Below, in pieces: positions 37,801 through 58,286 of a stretch of DNA of 64,000 nt. Where the stretch lies: NCBI GenBank assembly GCA_950097015.1, contig CATNEN010000039.1, positions 17,298,001 through 17,362,000 on the forward strand, read 5' to 3'. This stretch comes from Macrostomum hystrix (Eukaryota; Animalia; Platyhelminthes). Made by a program: the position numbers and the translations under genes. Numbering within the stretch: position 1 is the first letter of the stretch; the number at the start of each line of letters is the position of its first letter. The notes under the pieces are model-generated. The model was not told where the DNA came from, searched no databases, and saw only the letters and a list, made by a program, of their open reading frames with translations.

Positions 37801-38000
37801 ATATTTTGTGGCGCAGCTGCGGAGAAATGTAGACGCCAATGTGAGTTGTGCTCAATGGGGATTAGTCGGTTCAATTACCTACTTGCTAGTGGTGAGTCAT
37901 ATTTCGATGCAATTGTACTCATGGCAATCCAAAATAAAAGAGACTATCTTGAAAATTTTAGTTTCTATAGAAGCGACCACCCATCTAGTTGATTGCGCAG

Positions 38001-38548
38001 CAGGGGCGTAGCCAGGGGCGGGGGCAATCGGCTGTCAAAACTATTTGGCGCCCCATAGTACGAGTAGTGGCGCCCCATAGTACGAGTAGTGGCGCCCCAT
38101 AGTACGAGTAGTGGCGCCCCCTAGTACGAGTAGTGGCGCCCCCCATGTGGTAGGGGCGAACCCATGTGGTTGGGGCGAACCCATGTGGTAGGGGCGAACC
38201 CATGCGCTAGGGGCGAACCCGTGTGGTAGGCGCGAACGCGTGTGCTAGAGGCGCCGCCATGTGGTAGGGGCGAACCCATGTGGTAGGGGCGAACCCATGT
38301 GGTAGGGGCGAACCCATGTGGTAGGGGCGAACCCATGTGGTTGGGGCGAACCCATGCGGTAGGGGCGAACCCGTGTGGTAGGGGCGAACCCGTGTGGTAG
38401 GCGCGAACCCATGTGGTAGGGGCGAACCAATGTAGTAGGGGCGAACCCATGTGGTAGTGGCGCCCCCGTGCGGTAGGGGCGAACCCGTGTGATAGTGGCG
38501 CCCTAAAAGAACGTGGCCCCCGAAAAAAAAATCCTGGCTACGCCACTG
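38001..38548. mobile_element. hAT-type MITE (family 1 termini) with internal tandem arrays
   Basis: TIRs CAGGGGCGTAGCCAGG / CCTGGCTACGCCACTG. 8-bp TSD TTGCGCAG/TTGCACAG with 1 mismatch. Internal ~20-bp (aacccatgtggtaggggcg) and 21-bp (tagtacgagtagtggcgcccc) arrays. Confidence 0.85.
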
Positions 38549-39109
38549 TTGCACAGAAAGTCAGACTAATGATTTCGCTAGTCTTCTTTGTTTCGAGCTC
38601 TCGAAACACCTCTCTGCGTGAAGCAGAGACTTCGAAACTTCACAATGGCCTGTTTATAAGTGGCAATATAGCTGTCACCCAACTGTCACCCAACAAGTTG
38701 AAATTAATTCACGGCTCTAAGCTGACGCTGAGGCGACTGCAGCAGTACAGCTTTGAGCGTAATAAATCTATTTTTTGTAGAGGCTGTACACTCTTGCTTA
38801 GGGCTGGATTAATGGAATTAAATTGGTGCCTGGGGAGTGCCGAAATTGTGGGTAGGCGGTCGACTTCTGGCAATTTTACCGAGCGATAAAATTCTGTTTT
38901 GCGAACCGTGGCTTGAGCACGATTTTTAATCAAACTGTAATATATGAGTAACATTTTCTCAGGGGTCGCTGAATATAGTTTCTATCGACTTTTTCGCTTT
39001 TAAATTTAGACGCTTGCGTAAAAATTAATTCCTTTTCAATTAAAAAAGTTATGGCCCTTGACGTTTTAAACATCTTGACATTTTAAATAGAAATCTCGAC
39101 AATCTTTCA

Positions 39110-39935
39110 TCTACTCCAACCCATCAATTCCATCAATTCATTATTCCATAAATCCATCAATCTATAGATCGATCAATCCATACATAGATCCATTAATACA
39201 GAAATCCATCAACCCATAGATCCATTAATACATAGATCCACCAATCCATCAATCCATTAATACATACATCCATCAATCCATCAATCCATCAATCCATCAA
39301 TCCATCAATCCATCAATCTATCAATCTATCAATCCATCAATCCATCAATCCATTAATCCATCAATCCATAGATCCACCAATCCATAGATCGACGAATCCA
39401 TAGATGCACCAATCCATAGATGCACCAATCCATAGATCCACCAATCCATAGATCGACCAATCCATATATCGACCAATCCATAGATCGACCAATCCATAGA
39501 TCGACCAATCCATAGATCCACCAATCCATAGATCGACCAATCCATAGATCCACCAATCCATAGATCGACCAATCCATAGATCCACCAATCCATAGATCGA
39601 CCAATCCATAGATAGACCAATCCATAGATAGACCAATCCATAGATCCACCAATCCATAGATCGACCAATCCATAGATCGACCAATCCATAGATCGACCAA
39701 TCCATAGATCCACCAATCCATAGATCGACCAATCCATAGATCGACCAATCCATAGATCCACCAATCCATAGATCGACCAATCCATAGATCGACCAATCCA
39801 TAGATCCACCAATCCATAGATCAATCTATGGATCTATGGATCAATTCCATTGATCCATAGATCCAAGGATCCATAAATCCATAAGTCCACTAATCCAAAG
39901 ATCCATAGATCTATTAATCTATCAATCCATCAATT
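39110..39935. repeat. compound 8-bp (TCAATCCA) and 17-bp (ACCAATCCATAGATCG/C) minisatellite
   Basis: Direct inspection; source of the WIYGLVD ORFs. Confidence 0.9.
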
Positions 39936-40539
39936 CGTTTTTTCCTTCAATACATCAATACATCAATCAATAACCTAATCCATCTATCATTTCGTTCAAC
40001 AAAAATTTTTCAGTGGATCCAAATTTTTTTTAATCTTTCTATCTATTCATTATCCAGCCCGTATTCTGTACATAATCTATGCGTCAAACTCCCATTTGCC
40101 TACCAATAATGCACCCATCCGTTTTTTTTCATCAACCAAAACACTCACTAGTCTACTATAGATATAAGCCAAAAGAGTGCATTCAGTAAAAGTCGGAAAT
40201 TGATGAACACGGCCGAATGACGAGTAAGTTTTTTATCATCCATTTCGGCGACAGAAGGTACTTAATTGCACGGCCCGTGCGTGCGCTGTGTACACAAGAC
40301 AGGGCCGATAGAAATTTCTTCCTTCCGCTGACTACTGCAAACTGGGCGAGACATCACTAATCACTGGGTTGGGGTTGGGCGACTCCGAGGGCTGACATGG
40401 AGACCGTGTTTATCCTTTTTCTGTATCAATGCGCATGTTTGGATTCAAAATTTTCACGATTGTACTTTTATGCATTTTTAGTGCTCAAGACATTTCTAAG
40501 AAAAAAGAGAGCATTGCTCCCTAAAAATTTTAGAGCGAC

Positions 40540-41330
40540 ATCTATCCATCTAACCATCCATCCACATCCATCCATCCATCCATCCATCCATCCATCCATC
40601 CATCCATCTATCCATCCATCCATTCATCCATCCATCCATCTATCCATCCATCCAGCTTTCCATCTATCCATCTATCCATCCATCCATCCATCCATCCATC
40701 CATCCATCCATCCATCCATCTATCCATCCATCCATCCATCCATCCATCCATCCATCCATCCATCCATCCATCCATCCATCCATCCATCCATCCATCCATC
40801 CATCCATCCATCCACCCATCCATCCATCTATCCATCCATCCATCTATCCATCTATCCATCTATCGATCTATCCATCTATCTATCTATCCACCATCTATCC
40901 ATCTATCCATCCATCCATCTATCCATCCATCCATCTATCCATCCACCCATCCATCCATCCATCCATCCATCCATCCATCTATCCATCTATCCATCCATCC
41001 ATCCATCCATATATCCATCCATCCATCCATCCATCTATCCATCTATCCATCCATCCATCTATCCATCCATCCATCCATTCATCCACCCATCCATCTATCC
41101 ATCCACCCATCCATCCATCTATCCATCGATCCATCGATCCATCTATCGATCTATCCATCTATCTATCTATCCACCATCTATCCATCCATCTATCCATCCA
41201 TACATCCATCCATCCATCCATCTATCCATCCATCCATCCATCCATCTATCCATCCATCCATCCATCCATCCATCTATCCATCCATCCATCCATCCATCCA
41301 TCCATCCATCCATCCATCCATCCATCCATG
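40540..41330. repeat. (TCCA)n/(TCTA)n tetranucleotide microsatellite
   Basis: About 200 units. Confidence 0.97.
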
Positions 41331-41907
41331 CATTCAATAACTCGTTATCAAATTGGTCTTTGCGATATTCGAGTTAAGTTTGCCCAGGTTAAATTATGCC
41401 AGTTTTTAAAGGGCTCTATTCGAATCGCTTGGCTACATAAGTAAACTAAAGCAGAATTTCAGTAATAAAGTTGCTTCGCAATTTCAATTTCCAGCAATTG
41501 GTTTTTACGACTTTTGTTGAACCGATTGGCTGATTAATATGCACTCTGAACACGCACAGGAAACTTATTTATCTCTTCCTCCGGTTGTTTTTTCAGCTAG
41601 ATAAGGCATGACCAAGTGCCCCGGATAATAATAGGTGATTTATAGCGCCATATGCTCTCTAGACTAGTTCTACTGCCCCTGCAGGCAAAATATAAAGGTT
41701 TTTGATACATTGATTGACAAATTCTTCAGATTGTCACTGCACGAAGCGAGCTAGACTACTCAGAGTAGGAATAATTAGCTGTCAGCTTAAATAGATTTGT
41801 TGTATAGTTTATGGCCAAACTAGATTTATAAAGCAATTACGCTTCTATTTTATGTATGGCATTGTTATTTTCAAGAAAAAAATTAAAATGTTACTTTTTC
41901 GTAATTA

Positions 41908-43605
41908 CAGTTTCACTCTCCTGAAATTCCTTTCATCCTGGTGTTTCACTCTCCTGAAATTCCTTTCATCCTGGTGTTTCACTCTCCTGAAATTCCTTTC
42001 ATCCTGACGTTTCACTCTCCTGAAATTCCTTTCATCCTGGTGTTTCACTCTCCTGAAATTCCTTTCATCCTGGTGTTTCACTCTCCTGAAATTCCTTTCA
42101 TCCTGATGTTTCACTCTCCTGAAATTCCTTTCAACCTGTAGTTTCACTCTCCTGAAATTCCTTTCATCCTGATGTTTCACTCTCCTGAAATTTCTTTCAA
42201 CCTGAAGTTTCACTCTCCTGAAATTCCTTTCATCCTGGTGTTTCACTCTCCTGAAATTCCTTTCATCCTGGTGTTTCACTCTCCTGAAATTCCTTTCATC
42301 CTGATGTTTCACTCTCCTGAAATTCCTTTCAACCTGTAGTTTCACTCTCCTGAAATTCCTTTCATCCTGATGTTTCACTCTCCTGAAATTTCTTTCAACC
42401 TGAAGTTTCACTCTCCTGAAATTTCTTTCAACCTGATGTTTCACTCTCCTGAAATTTCTTTCAACCTGAAGTTTCACTCTCCTGAAATTCCTTTTATCCT
42501 GCTGTTTCACTCTCCTGAAATTCCTTTCAACCCGATGTTTCACTCTCCTGAAATTTCTTTCAACCTGAAGTTTCACTCTCCTGAAATTCCTTTTATCCTG
42601 ATGTTTCACTCTCCTGAAATTCCTTTTATCCTGCTGTTTCACTCTCCTGAAATTTCTTTCAACCTGAAGTTTCACTCTCCTGAAATTCCTTTTATCCTGC
42701 TGTTTCACTCTCCTGAAATTCCTTTCAACATGATGTTTCACTCTCCTGAAATTCCTTTCAACCTGATGTTTCACTCTCCTGAAATTTCTATATCCTGATG
42801 TTTCACTCTCCTGAAATTTCTTTATCATGATGTTTCACTCTCCTGAAATTTCTTTATCATGATGTTTCACTCTCCTGAAATTCCTTTCAACCTGAAGTTT
42901 CACTCTCCTGAAATTTCTTTCAACCTGAAGTTTCACTCTCCTGAAATTTCTTTCAACCTGAAGTTTCACTCTCCTGAAATTTCTTTATCCTGATGTTTCA
43001 CTCTTCTGAAATTTCTTTATCCTGATGTTTCACTCTCCTGAAATTTCTTTATCCTGATGTTTCACTCTCCTGAAATTCCTTTCAACCTGAAGTTTCACTC
43101 TCCTGAAATTTCTTTATCCTGATGTTTCACTCTCCTGAAATTCCTTTCATCCCGATGTTTCACTCTCCTGAAATTTCTTTCAACCTGAAGTTTCACTCTC
43201 CTGAAATTCCTTTCATCCTGATGTTTCACTCTCCTGAAATCCCTTTCAACCTGATGTTTCACTCTCCTGAAATTCCTTTCATCCCGATGTTTCACTCTCC
43301 TGAAATTTCTTTCAACCTGAAGTTTCACTCTCCTGAAATTCCTTTTATCCTGATGTTTCACTCTCCTGAAATTCCTGTCAACCTGATGTTTCACTCTCCT
43401 GAAATTCCTTTCATCCTGATGTTTCACTCTCCTGAAACTTCTTTCAACCTAATGTTTCACTCTCCTGAAATTCCTTTCATCCTGATGTTTCACTCTCCTG
43501 AAATTTCTTTCAACCTGAAGTTTCACTCTCCTGAAATTTCTTTCAACCTGAAGTTTCACTCTCCTGAAATTCCTTTCAACCTGAAGTTTCACTCTCCTGA
43601 AACTA
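41908..43605. repeat. 33-bp minisatellite (GTTTCACTCTCCTGAAATTCCTTTCATCCTGAT)
   Basis: About 51 units upstream of the p62-like gene. Confidence 0.95.
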
Positions 43606-44261
43606 ATTTCATCCTCCTTAAATATAGATTTTTGCCAGAAAATTCTGCTGCTGAATAAATGAAATTAAAATGAAAATTAACAGAATACTTATTAGTACAA
43701 TAATATTTTTTGAACATATAATATTTTCTTCCGCTTGCTAAAGATAGACGCGATAGATTCTTTAGCAAAGAAAAGAGAGAAAATGTGCGTACACAATGTA
43801 CACTGGCCTGGACAGACCAGAGTAAGGGGGAGAGAGGGGGAAGGGTGTGAGAGGCGCGGGGTTTCCAGTCCAATGTACATTTAGGCAGATATTTTAAGTC
43901 TAGCTAGAGCCCTCTCTCCAGCGAAAACGTTGGCCCTACGTTTGCCTGTCGTGGTAAACGCCAGTTTAACCTTGCTTGGGCAGTGCCATGCCACATACAC
44001 ACAGCCCAGTTACGACTAAGCCAATCTCAAACTCTGAGCAGAACAGGTCACTGGAAACGTTGGAACAACGTTTTGCCTACGAAGGAACAACGTTTCACAG
44101 CGTTTACAACTCGTCTACTCTTGAGTGAATGCCTCCAGGCTATCTGTTTGCCTATAAAAGCAAGGCATATTTTGCAACTCTCTTCATCTGAGCTTCTCAA
44201 AGGAAGAAGCAATTTGAAATTAGTAGAAACACCAACCCGAGAGACACAATCGCTGCAATCC

Positions 44262-45764
44262 ATGGACGAAGATTCAAATCAGGGAGTCGCTACTCTCGTC
44301 ACCATCAAGGCGGTCTACTGTCCCGGCTCTGCTCAGGAGGAGATTCGCAGATTCAGCTACCCACTGCCAGCCGCCGAGGAGCCGGCTGAGCAAATCGGCG
44401 AGCAGCCGGAGCAGCTGCAGGAGCGCCGGAAGCAGCAACAGCAGCAGCTGTTTGACGACTTCCGCCGGCGTCTAGCAGGTGCGTTCGCCGGCGCGGCAGG
44501 CTGCAGTATGGGCTTGAGCCTCTACTACGTTGATGCTGACCAGGAACGGGTGCGGTTCTCCACCGGTGACGAGCTTCGCCGACTCCTGTGGCTGCACCAC
44601 TCGCGCCATGGCAGTGCCGGCGAGCTAGCTGCGCCGCTGCGCATCATCGCCGCGCCGACGCCTGGCTGCGAGTCGGACGGCGCCGAGCATCCGGGCGTCC
44701 TTTGCGACGGCTGCAATCAGGCTGTGCGAGGTCGCCGCTTCCGCTGCTTCCTTTGCCCAGACTACGACCTGTGCCAGAGGTGCGTGCTGCGCGGTGTGCA
44801 CGATCAGCACTCCATGCTGGTGCTTCACAGGCCGGGGGATGCCGACAGTCTGCCTCCGTGGCTCTGCCGTCCGTTCGGCTTTGGCGGACGCGGGCATTGG
44901 GCTGCGGGGCCATGGGGCGGCCGCTTTGGTCAGCAGCAGCAGCAGCAGCAGCAGCCGCCGGCGCAGGCGCAGCAATACCCAATGCCGCCGCACATGCGCC
45001 ATTTTGGACCGCACATGACGCCGCCTCCACCGCCGCACACGCCACCACCGCCGTTTGGCTATATGCCCCAGAGGCCACCGATGCCGCCTATGTCCGTCGC
45101 CTGCCCGAAGCTAGCTAAAAAGCTAGAGAAGGCGCGCTGCAAATTCGAGGCGAAGATGGCCGATCGTTGCGAGAAGATGCAGCGCAAGTGGGCCTGGCGT
45201 CAGCAGATGTTGTGCCTGAGGCAGCAGCAGCGCCAGGCTCAGATTCAGGCTCAGAAGGAAGCCGGAGCTGCTGGCACAGCCGACGAGCCCATTCGCATCG
45301 ACATCGAGGAGCAGGAGAGGCAGGGCACTCAGCAGCAGTGCCAGCAGCAGCAGCAGCTGACACCTGAGGAGGCGTTGCTTCTGAAGCAGCTGCAGAAGCG
45401 ACACAAGCAGGCCAAGAAGAAGAAGCAGCAGCAGCAGCAGCAGCACCACAGGCATCACAAGCGCGGCCGTGGTGGTCGCAAGCGGCGCCGCAGTCGCAGC
45501 AGCAGCTGCAGCAGCATCAGCAGCAACAGCAGCAGTGAAAGCAGCAGCGACGGCTCATCTACCAGCGGCTCAGACTCTGAGGAGTTGGATCGGGGGACCG
45601 CTGAGCAAAAGAGCTACCGTCAGCTGCTGAAGAAGTTCCGCCGCATGGGCTTCAAAGATGACGAGACCTGCTGGCTGAGCCAGCTGATCCGGGAGAAGCG
45701 TGGCAACCTCAACGAAATCCTGGACGCCATTCGGCAGCGCAAGGCCGACGGTCGCGATGTTTGA
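44262..45764 (+). CDS. SQSTM1: Sequestosome-1/p62-like protein (PB1-ZZ-UBA), ~500 aa, intronless
   Basis: Likely ATG at 44262. PB1 TIKAVY..EEIRRF..LYYVDADQERVRFSTGDEL, ZZ HPGVLCDGC..RFRCFLCPDYDLCQRC..H..H, UBA-like MGFKDDETCWLSQLIREKRGNLNEILDAI. Confidence 0.85.
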   Translation: MDEDSNQGVATLVTIKAVYCPGSAQEEIRRFSYPLPAAEEPAEQIGEQPEQLQERRKQQQQQLFDDFRRRLAGAFAGAAGCSMGLSLYYVDADQERVRFSTGDELRRLLWLHHSRHGSAGELAAPLRIIAAPTPGCESDGAEHPGVLCDGCNQAVRGRRFRCFLCPDYDLCQRCVLRGVHDQHSMLVLHRPGDADSLPPWLCRPFGFGGRGHWAAGPWGGRFGQQQQQQQQPPAQAQQYPMPPHMRHFGPHMTPPPPPHTPPPPFGYMPQRPPMPPMSVACPKLAKKLEKARCKFEAKMADRCEKMQRKWAWRQQMLCLRQQQRQAQIQAQKEAGAAGTADEPIRIDIEEQERQGTQQQCQQQQQLTPEEALLLKQLQKRHKQAKKKKQQQQQQHHRHHKRGRGGRKRRRSRSSSCSSISSNSSSESSSDGSSTSGSDSEELDRGTAEQKSYRQLLKKFRRMGFKDDETCWLSQLIREKRGNLNEILDAIRQRKADGRDV

Positions 45765-46823
45765 ACGCTGAAATCTAATTCCGTTCTGACATTATCTATA
45801 GACTTTAATGTTTAATCACTTTTTAAGCGATAAGTGACGATGACTGATTAAATAAGATTGTTCTTGATTTGCTACTACAAGTAGAATGCTCCATATACTG
45901 GTTTGGGTTAGACAGCACTAAAGTCTGGTCTGGTCGTTGGATGTACAAAAAGTGCACCGATTCGAGTTTTTGTTTTCAAAAAATTTTCGAACCAAAAATC
46001 AATCCATACTACTTTGAATGATCGTGCATAATTTTTCTTTGTAAATTGTAAATTCTTTGCAATATTTTTTGCCTGTGCACCTCGGCTTTTTCACCAGCGA
46101 ACCAGCAGAAAACCAAGTTTATTTCTAAGCGTTTTATCCAGATTGTTTAACAACCAAGTGCTACTTAGGTCGAACATTTTAGATGCTCTTATTGTGTGAA
46201 AAAAAACTAAAAAATATATATTTCATCATCACTAGTCCATTGAAATTGAATCCATGGAGTGCGCAGCGCAGTGGCTTTAAGTTAAATTCCATTTTGCAAT
46301 TGCACTCGCCAAACTCATTTATTATTCACTTTTCTTCTTTCGCTATATGAAAATAAAAACTATTGTTTTACTTCATTTAAAGTAATAATACGAGTATTAA
46401 TTTAAGTTCTAATAAGACATTAAGCCATTCGACTCGAGTACATCCAATTAATATTAAGTGACGATTAAATGCGCACAACTTTCAAAATAGTAATTATTCA
46501 TGATAATTGGATCAAAATCTGTCTAATCCTAAGCCCAGAATTTCAACAATAGAAAGTGCAACTTGACGTTTCTATTATAGTGCGTCGCGTCGAGATTACG
46601 CAGGAATCCAAAACTAATAGCAGTGTCAAGAGCCAAGTCTGAGAAGGACAAAGACAAGAATATCAAGGATTTCGTTTTACAATGCAGGATAGAGCGTCTA
46701 GTCTAGAGAAATGGAGATATTTTAGTCGGTATTCTGTTCCCAATTTTAAAATGTACGCGGCTTCCAAAAGTCAAGCTTCTCGTCAGCCAGTATATATATA
46801 AAAAAGACTATTACAGTAAAGTG

Positions 46824-46895
46824 GAGCTCGTGGCGCAACGGTAGCGCGTCTGACTCCAGATCAGAAGGTTGCGTGTTCGAATCACGTCGGGCTCA
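46824..46895 (+). tRNA. tRNA-Trp (CCA)
   Basis: GAGCTCG/CGGGCTC acceptor stem, TGGCGCAACGG A-box, anticodon loop CTCCAGA, GTTCGAATC T-loop, TTTT terminator at 46902. Confidence 0.96.
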
Positions 46896-48165
46896 GATAA
46901 CTTTTGCTTAAAATTTTTACATAACAATTTTAACAAGTCAAGTTTTTAAACTATTTAACTTCACGAAAACTTACAGCCATCTTAAATATGTTTATTTTTG
47001 CGTTAGAAATGACCGTTTTACATTTTCAGATATGTAGCGAAAACGTCATATTTACGAGTGAATTTAATTTCTTTAATCATGTATCAAAATTAAACGCAGT
47101 TCTCTACACATTATCGAATTAGAAGAGAACCAGAATTTACCAGCTTCAAATTATTCGCTGTTCGATTATGCCTCAATGTATCGTATTTTTTCACATAAAT
47201 GATTAACAAACAGCAAAACTCAGAGTTGATTTAATCAGGTTAATATTAGCGATAAAAAATGCTTCTGCCATTGCGCTGACATGCCAGAGTTGGTCATATT
47301 TTTATTTGCTCTCAATTTCAATGCACTCGGCATGCTAAAAAATGAAACAGTTTGAGATTGCAAGAGATAGTAAGTAGTAAATAACGAACATGTGTCCCGT
47401 AAAATAGATATTTCAATGGAAAATATATTGCAAACTGGGACTTCTAAATGAGCAGAAACATGAAAACAACCACGAGAACGACATAAAAATTTGCATTTGC
47501 GGAGTTTTTTATATATGATAGGACTACAATCATATGTTTTGCATACTACTTACATCAACTGTTTAATTATGAATGCAAAAATATCAAAATACTATTAAAA
47601 AATCTACAGTAAACTCTATGCACTACTGAGCAGAAATTTAGTAGCGTAACCAGACTATCACAAATTAAAATAATGATTGAAAAATATATACTTTTGTTAA
47701 CAAACTCAAGTTCAAGAAACATCTAAATAATAGAAAAACTTGCTCTAAATTTTGGTTTGCTCACAACAGACACAACAGACTAGTTTAGAAACAATTTGTC
47801 AACTACAATATTTTGCAATGCACGGGCGGGATTGTGAAAGCTCTAAAATAAACTCATCAATTGGACACGCGCCTAGGACAAGCGTGCGGTCAACAGTTTA
47901 GAAGAACAGGTGCATGCCTAATATACTACTAGTTTAAGCACTGCTACTAAGTAACACAGTTAGGCCAAGAGATTTTATAACTACGCTCTCCTGACTTACA
48001 CTGACTTATACTTACACTCGTACTTAAACAAAATTGAAACGATTTAATTACTTTATTACTAATGATATGACGCAAAAGTTTTCATATTGCTTCCAAAACC
48101 GCATACTCAATAAACGGGCTCGAAGGTGTTAATTAAAATCTGAAATGACACACACTTGAGAGTCC

Positions 48166-56180
<8,015 letters not shown>

Positions 56181-58286
56181 CTATCAATAAGTTAATGAAT
56201 TGCAAAAACTAGCTAAGCTTCACCAGACTATATTAATTAACAACAAAGTCATTCTTATGTCAAAATAAGATAAGTTTTATTATCCAGATGACATGAACAT
56301 ACACTTTGTGTTTATAGTTAGCTTTATAGTTTGCCGTAATTATGTCTTATTTAATGTTTTCTATATTCTTAATCAGATAGTTAAGACTTAAGAACTGATT
56401 ATAAGGTTTTTATGAGCATACTACACCTAAGTGTTAAATAAAATATTTGTACCTAGCTCACCCCGCTATACTGACTATACTACATAAAAAGTTGAACTAG
56501 TATTGTAAGAGAAGTAGGCCTATTTTTAGTAACTCACTTTTGATAGGAAAAGAAAAAAATTGTTATAAAAAGATGTTCATACATGCTTAACTGTGTAGTA
56601 AAGCTATATAGGTAAGTACACTCAAGTATGCTAAATACTTAATTTAAGTATGAAAAGATAAGCAACAAAGAAGTAACTTTAAAAAGTTTTTTTTGTAAAA
56701 TGAGGCTATTTTCTTACTGGTAATAAATATACAAATGAAGCACTGACGTTTAAATGAACTTTTGGGTACTGTATGCATTTTCATATCTAGCTCTCTGTTA
56801 TTAAAATTATATCTGAAAACAAATATACAGCAGAGAAATCTATTATTTATTATTAACAACCTAATATTTAATATATAACATTAACAATTTTTGTAAAAAA
56901 CTAACACGAAGTTGATAATTAATTTTTTACTATTAAAAATATAACTGCGGTGTCCCCAACACATAAAATATGCACTACTTTTACATAAGTTCGATACCGC
57001 AATGTACTTTTAATGGCATTAAGAGTTTAATGTGGCATTTTAATAGTCAAAATTATCGGTTAAGTCTAGTAAAAAATAATGTAAGAATTGTATTGAAGCA
57101 ACGTTCTTTAGTGCATAAAACAACGTTTTGTTGATTTTTGAAGCTGAGCTGCAGTATAATTATCACTTTTGACGCGAGTATGTGCACTCTTTTAGCAAGG
57201 ACCACTAGAAGAAGATGAGTGAGTCCTTGTCTTTTAGATCGAGTTTAAAAATTCAAGGAAAAAGAGTTTTTAAATCCGCGCTCTGTGTTTTTTATCGTCC
57301 CCATAAGAAGAAACAAAAGTCAAACTTCCTAAATGTTATTGATGCAATGTAGGGATTTTTTAGGTTTATAGAAACTTTTTGCACATTTTAGTACATAAAA
57401 TTTGTAATATTCTTCTCTCACCAGAGTCATCATTCACAAATATACGTCGCTTTCCGTAGTCGACAAGTGGATACGCTTAATATACGTAAATGTAAGATAA
57501 GCTGACTATCTATTTTACTGTTCATATTCACGACAAATCTGTTTATTCACCTGTGTGCGTGTGTGCGCCTAAGGGTCAGTGGATTGGGCATAATCGCTTA
57601 TGTGTCAAAATAATGCATGATCTCAGTGCTCAGTGTACCCTGCAAATATATGTTAATATGTTATATATAATATAGCTTCATATATGAAGGACTGAGGGAC
57701 CTTTTAATTCACCATAATCCAACAGTGCCAATTAATTTGTAAGATTATTAAGACAAGAAAATAACCTGTTTTTAGACTTCCTTTTAACATATCAAAAGCA
57801 ATGTGTTTTTTTACTTTCACTCATGAGATCAGAGCTAAAATAAATTTGTACGTGACGGACACCTCACCGATCACAATCAAAGCCTCGTAATTCAAAACCG
57901 ACAGTTTTCGACTTGAAAATTCGACTAACTGATTGTCAGACTTACTGAGTTTACGACTTATTTAACTGTGGGTTATCCGCGACAATTTTTTGCTTTGAAT
58001 TCTGTCATCTTAATTTTATTGCAATTTTCCTTTCAGTCACACTTCAGGTTTTAGATTTAGACTTTACGCTCGTATTCTGCGTGTATTTACTACACAAGCT
58101 AATTGGTGTCAGTAATCGAGTTATAAAATCTCGTTGTTACACACATAGTGACAACAAGTGTGACTGCATGGTTGAAAAAGTGAATTCAAATCGTTAAGGG
58201 TCTGTAGTTTCACACCCTACGCTTTTCAGGCAGCCCTTTCAGAAAAGTTAATATACTTCATTGGACTCGGATAGCAAGCAGTTGAA

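Noticed and set aside
36640-40530. GC-rich patches and transposon-end-like sequence (36650-36900, 37320-37540, 38810-39060, 40190-40530)
   Set aside because: I could not pair termini or find TSDs by eye, so no call is supported
39345-43658. Repetitive ORFs (WIYGLVD, HPSI, ERNFRRVK, FHSPEI)
   Set aside because: Products of 17-bp, 4-bp and 33-bp tandem repeats
43983-44261. 93-aa N-terminal extension of the p62-like ORF
   Set aside because: Starts at GTG; the first ATG (44262) directly precedes the PB1 domain
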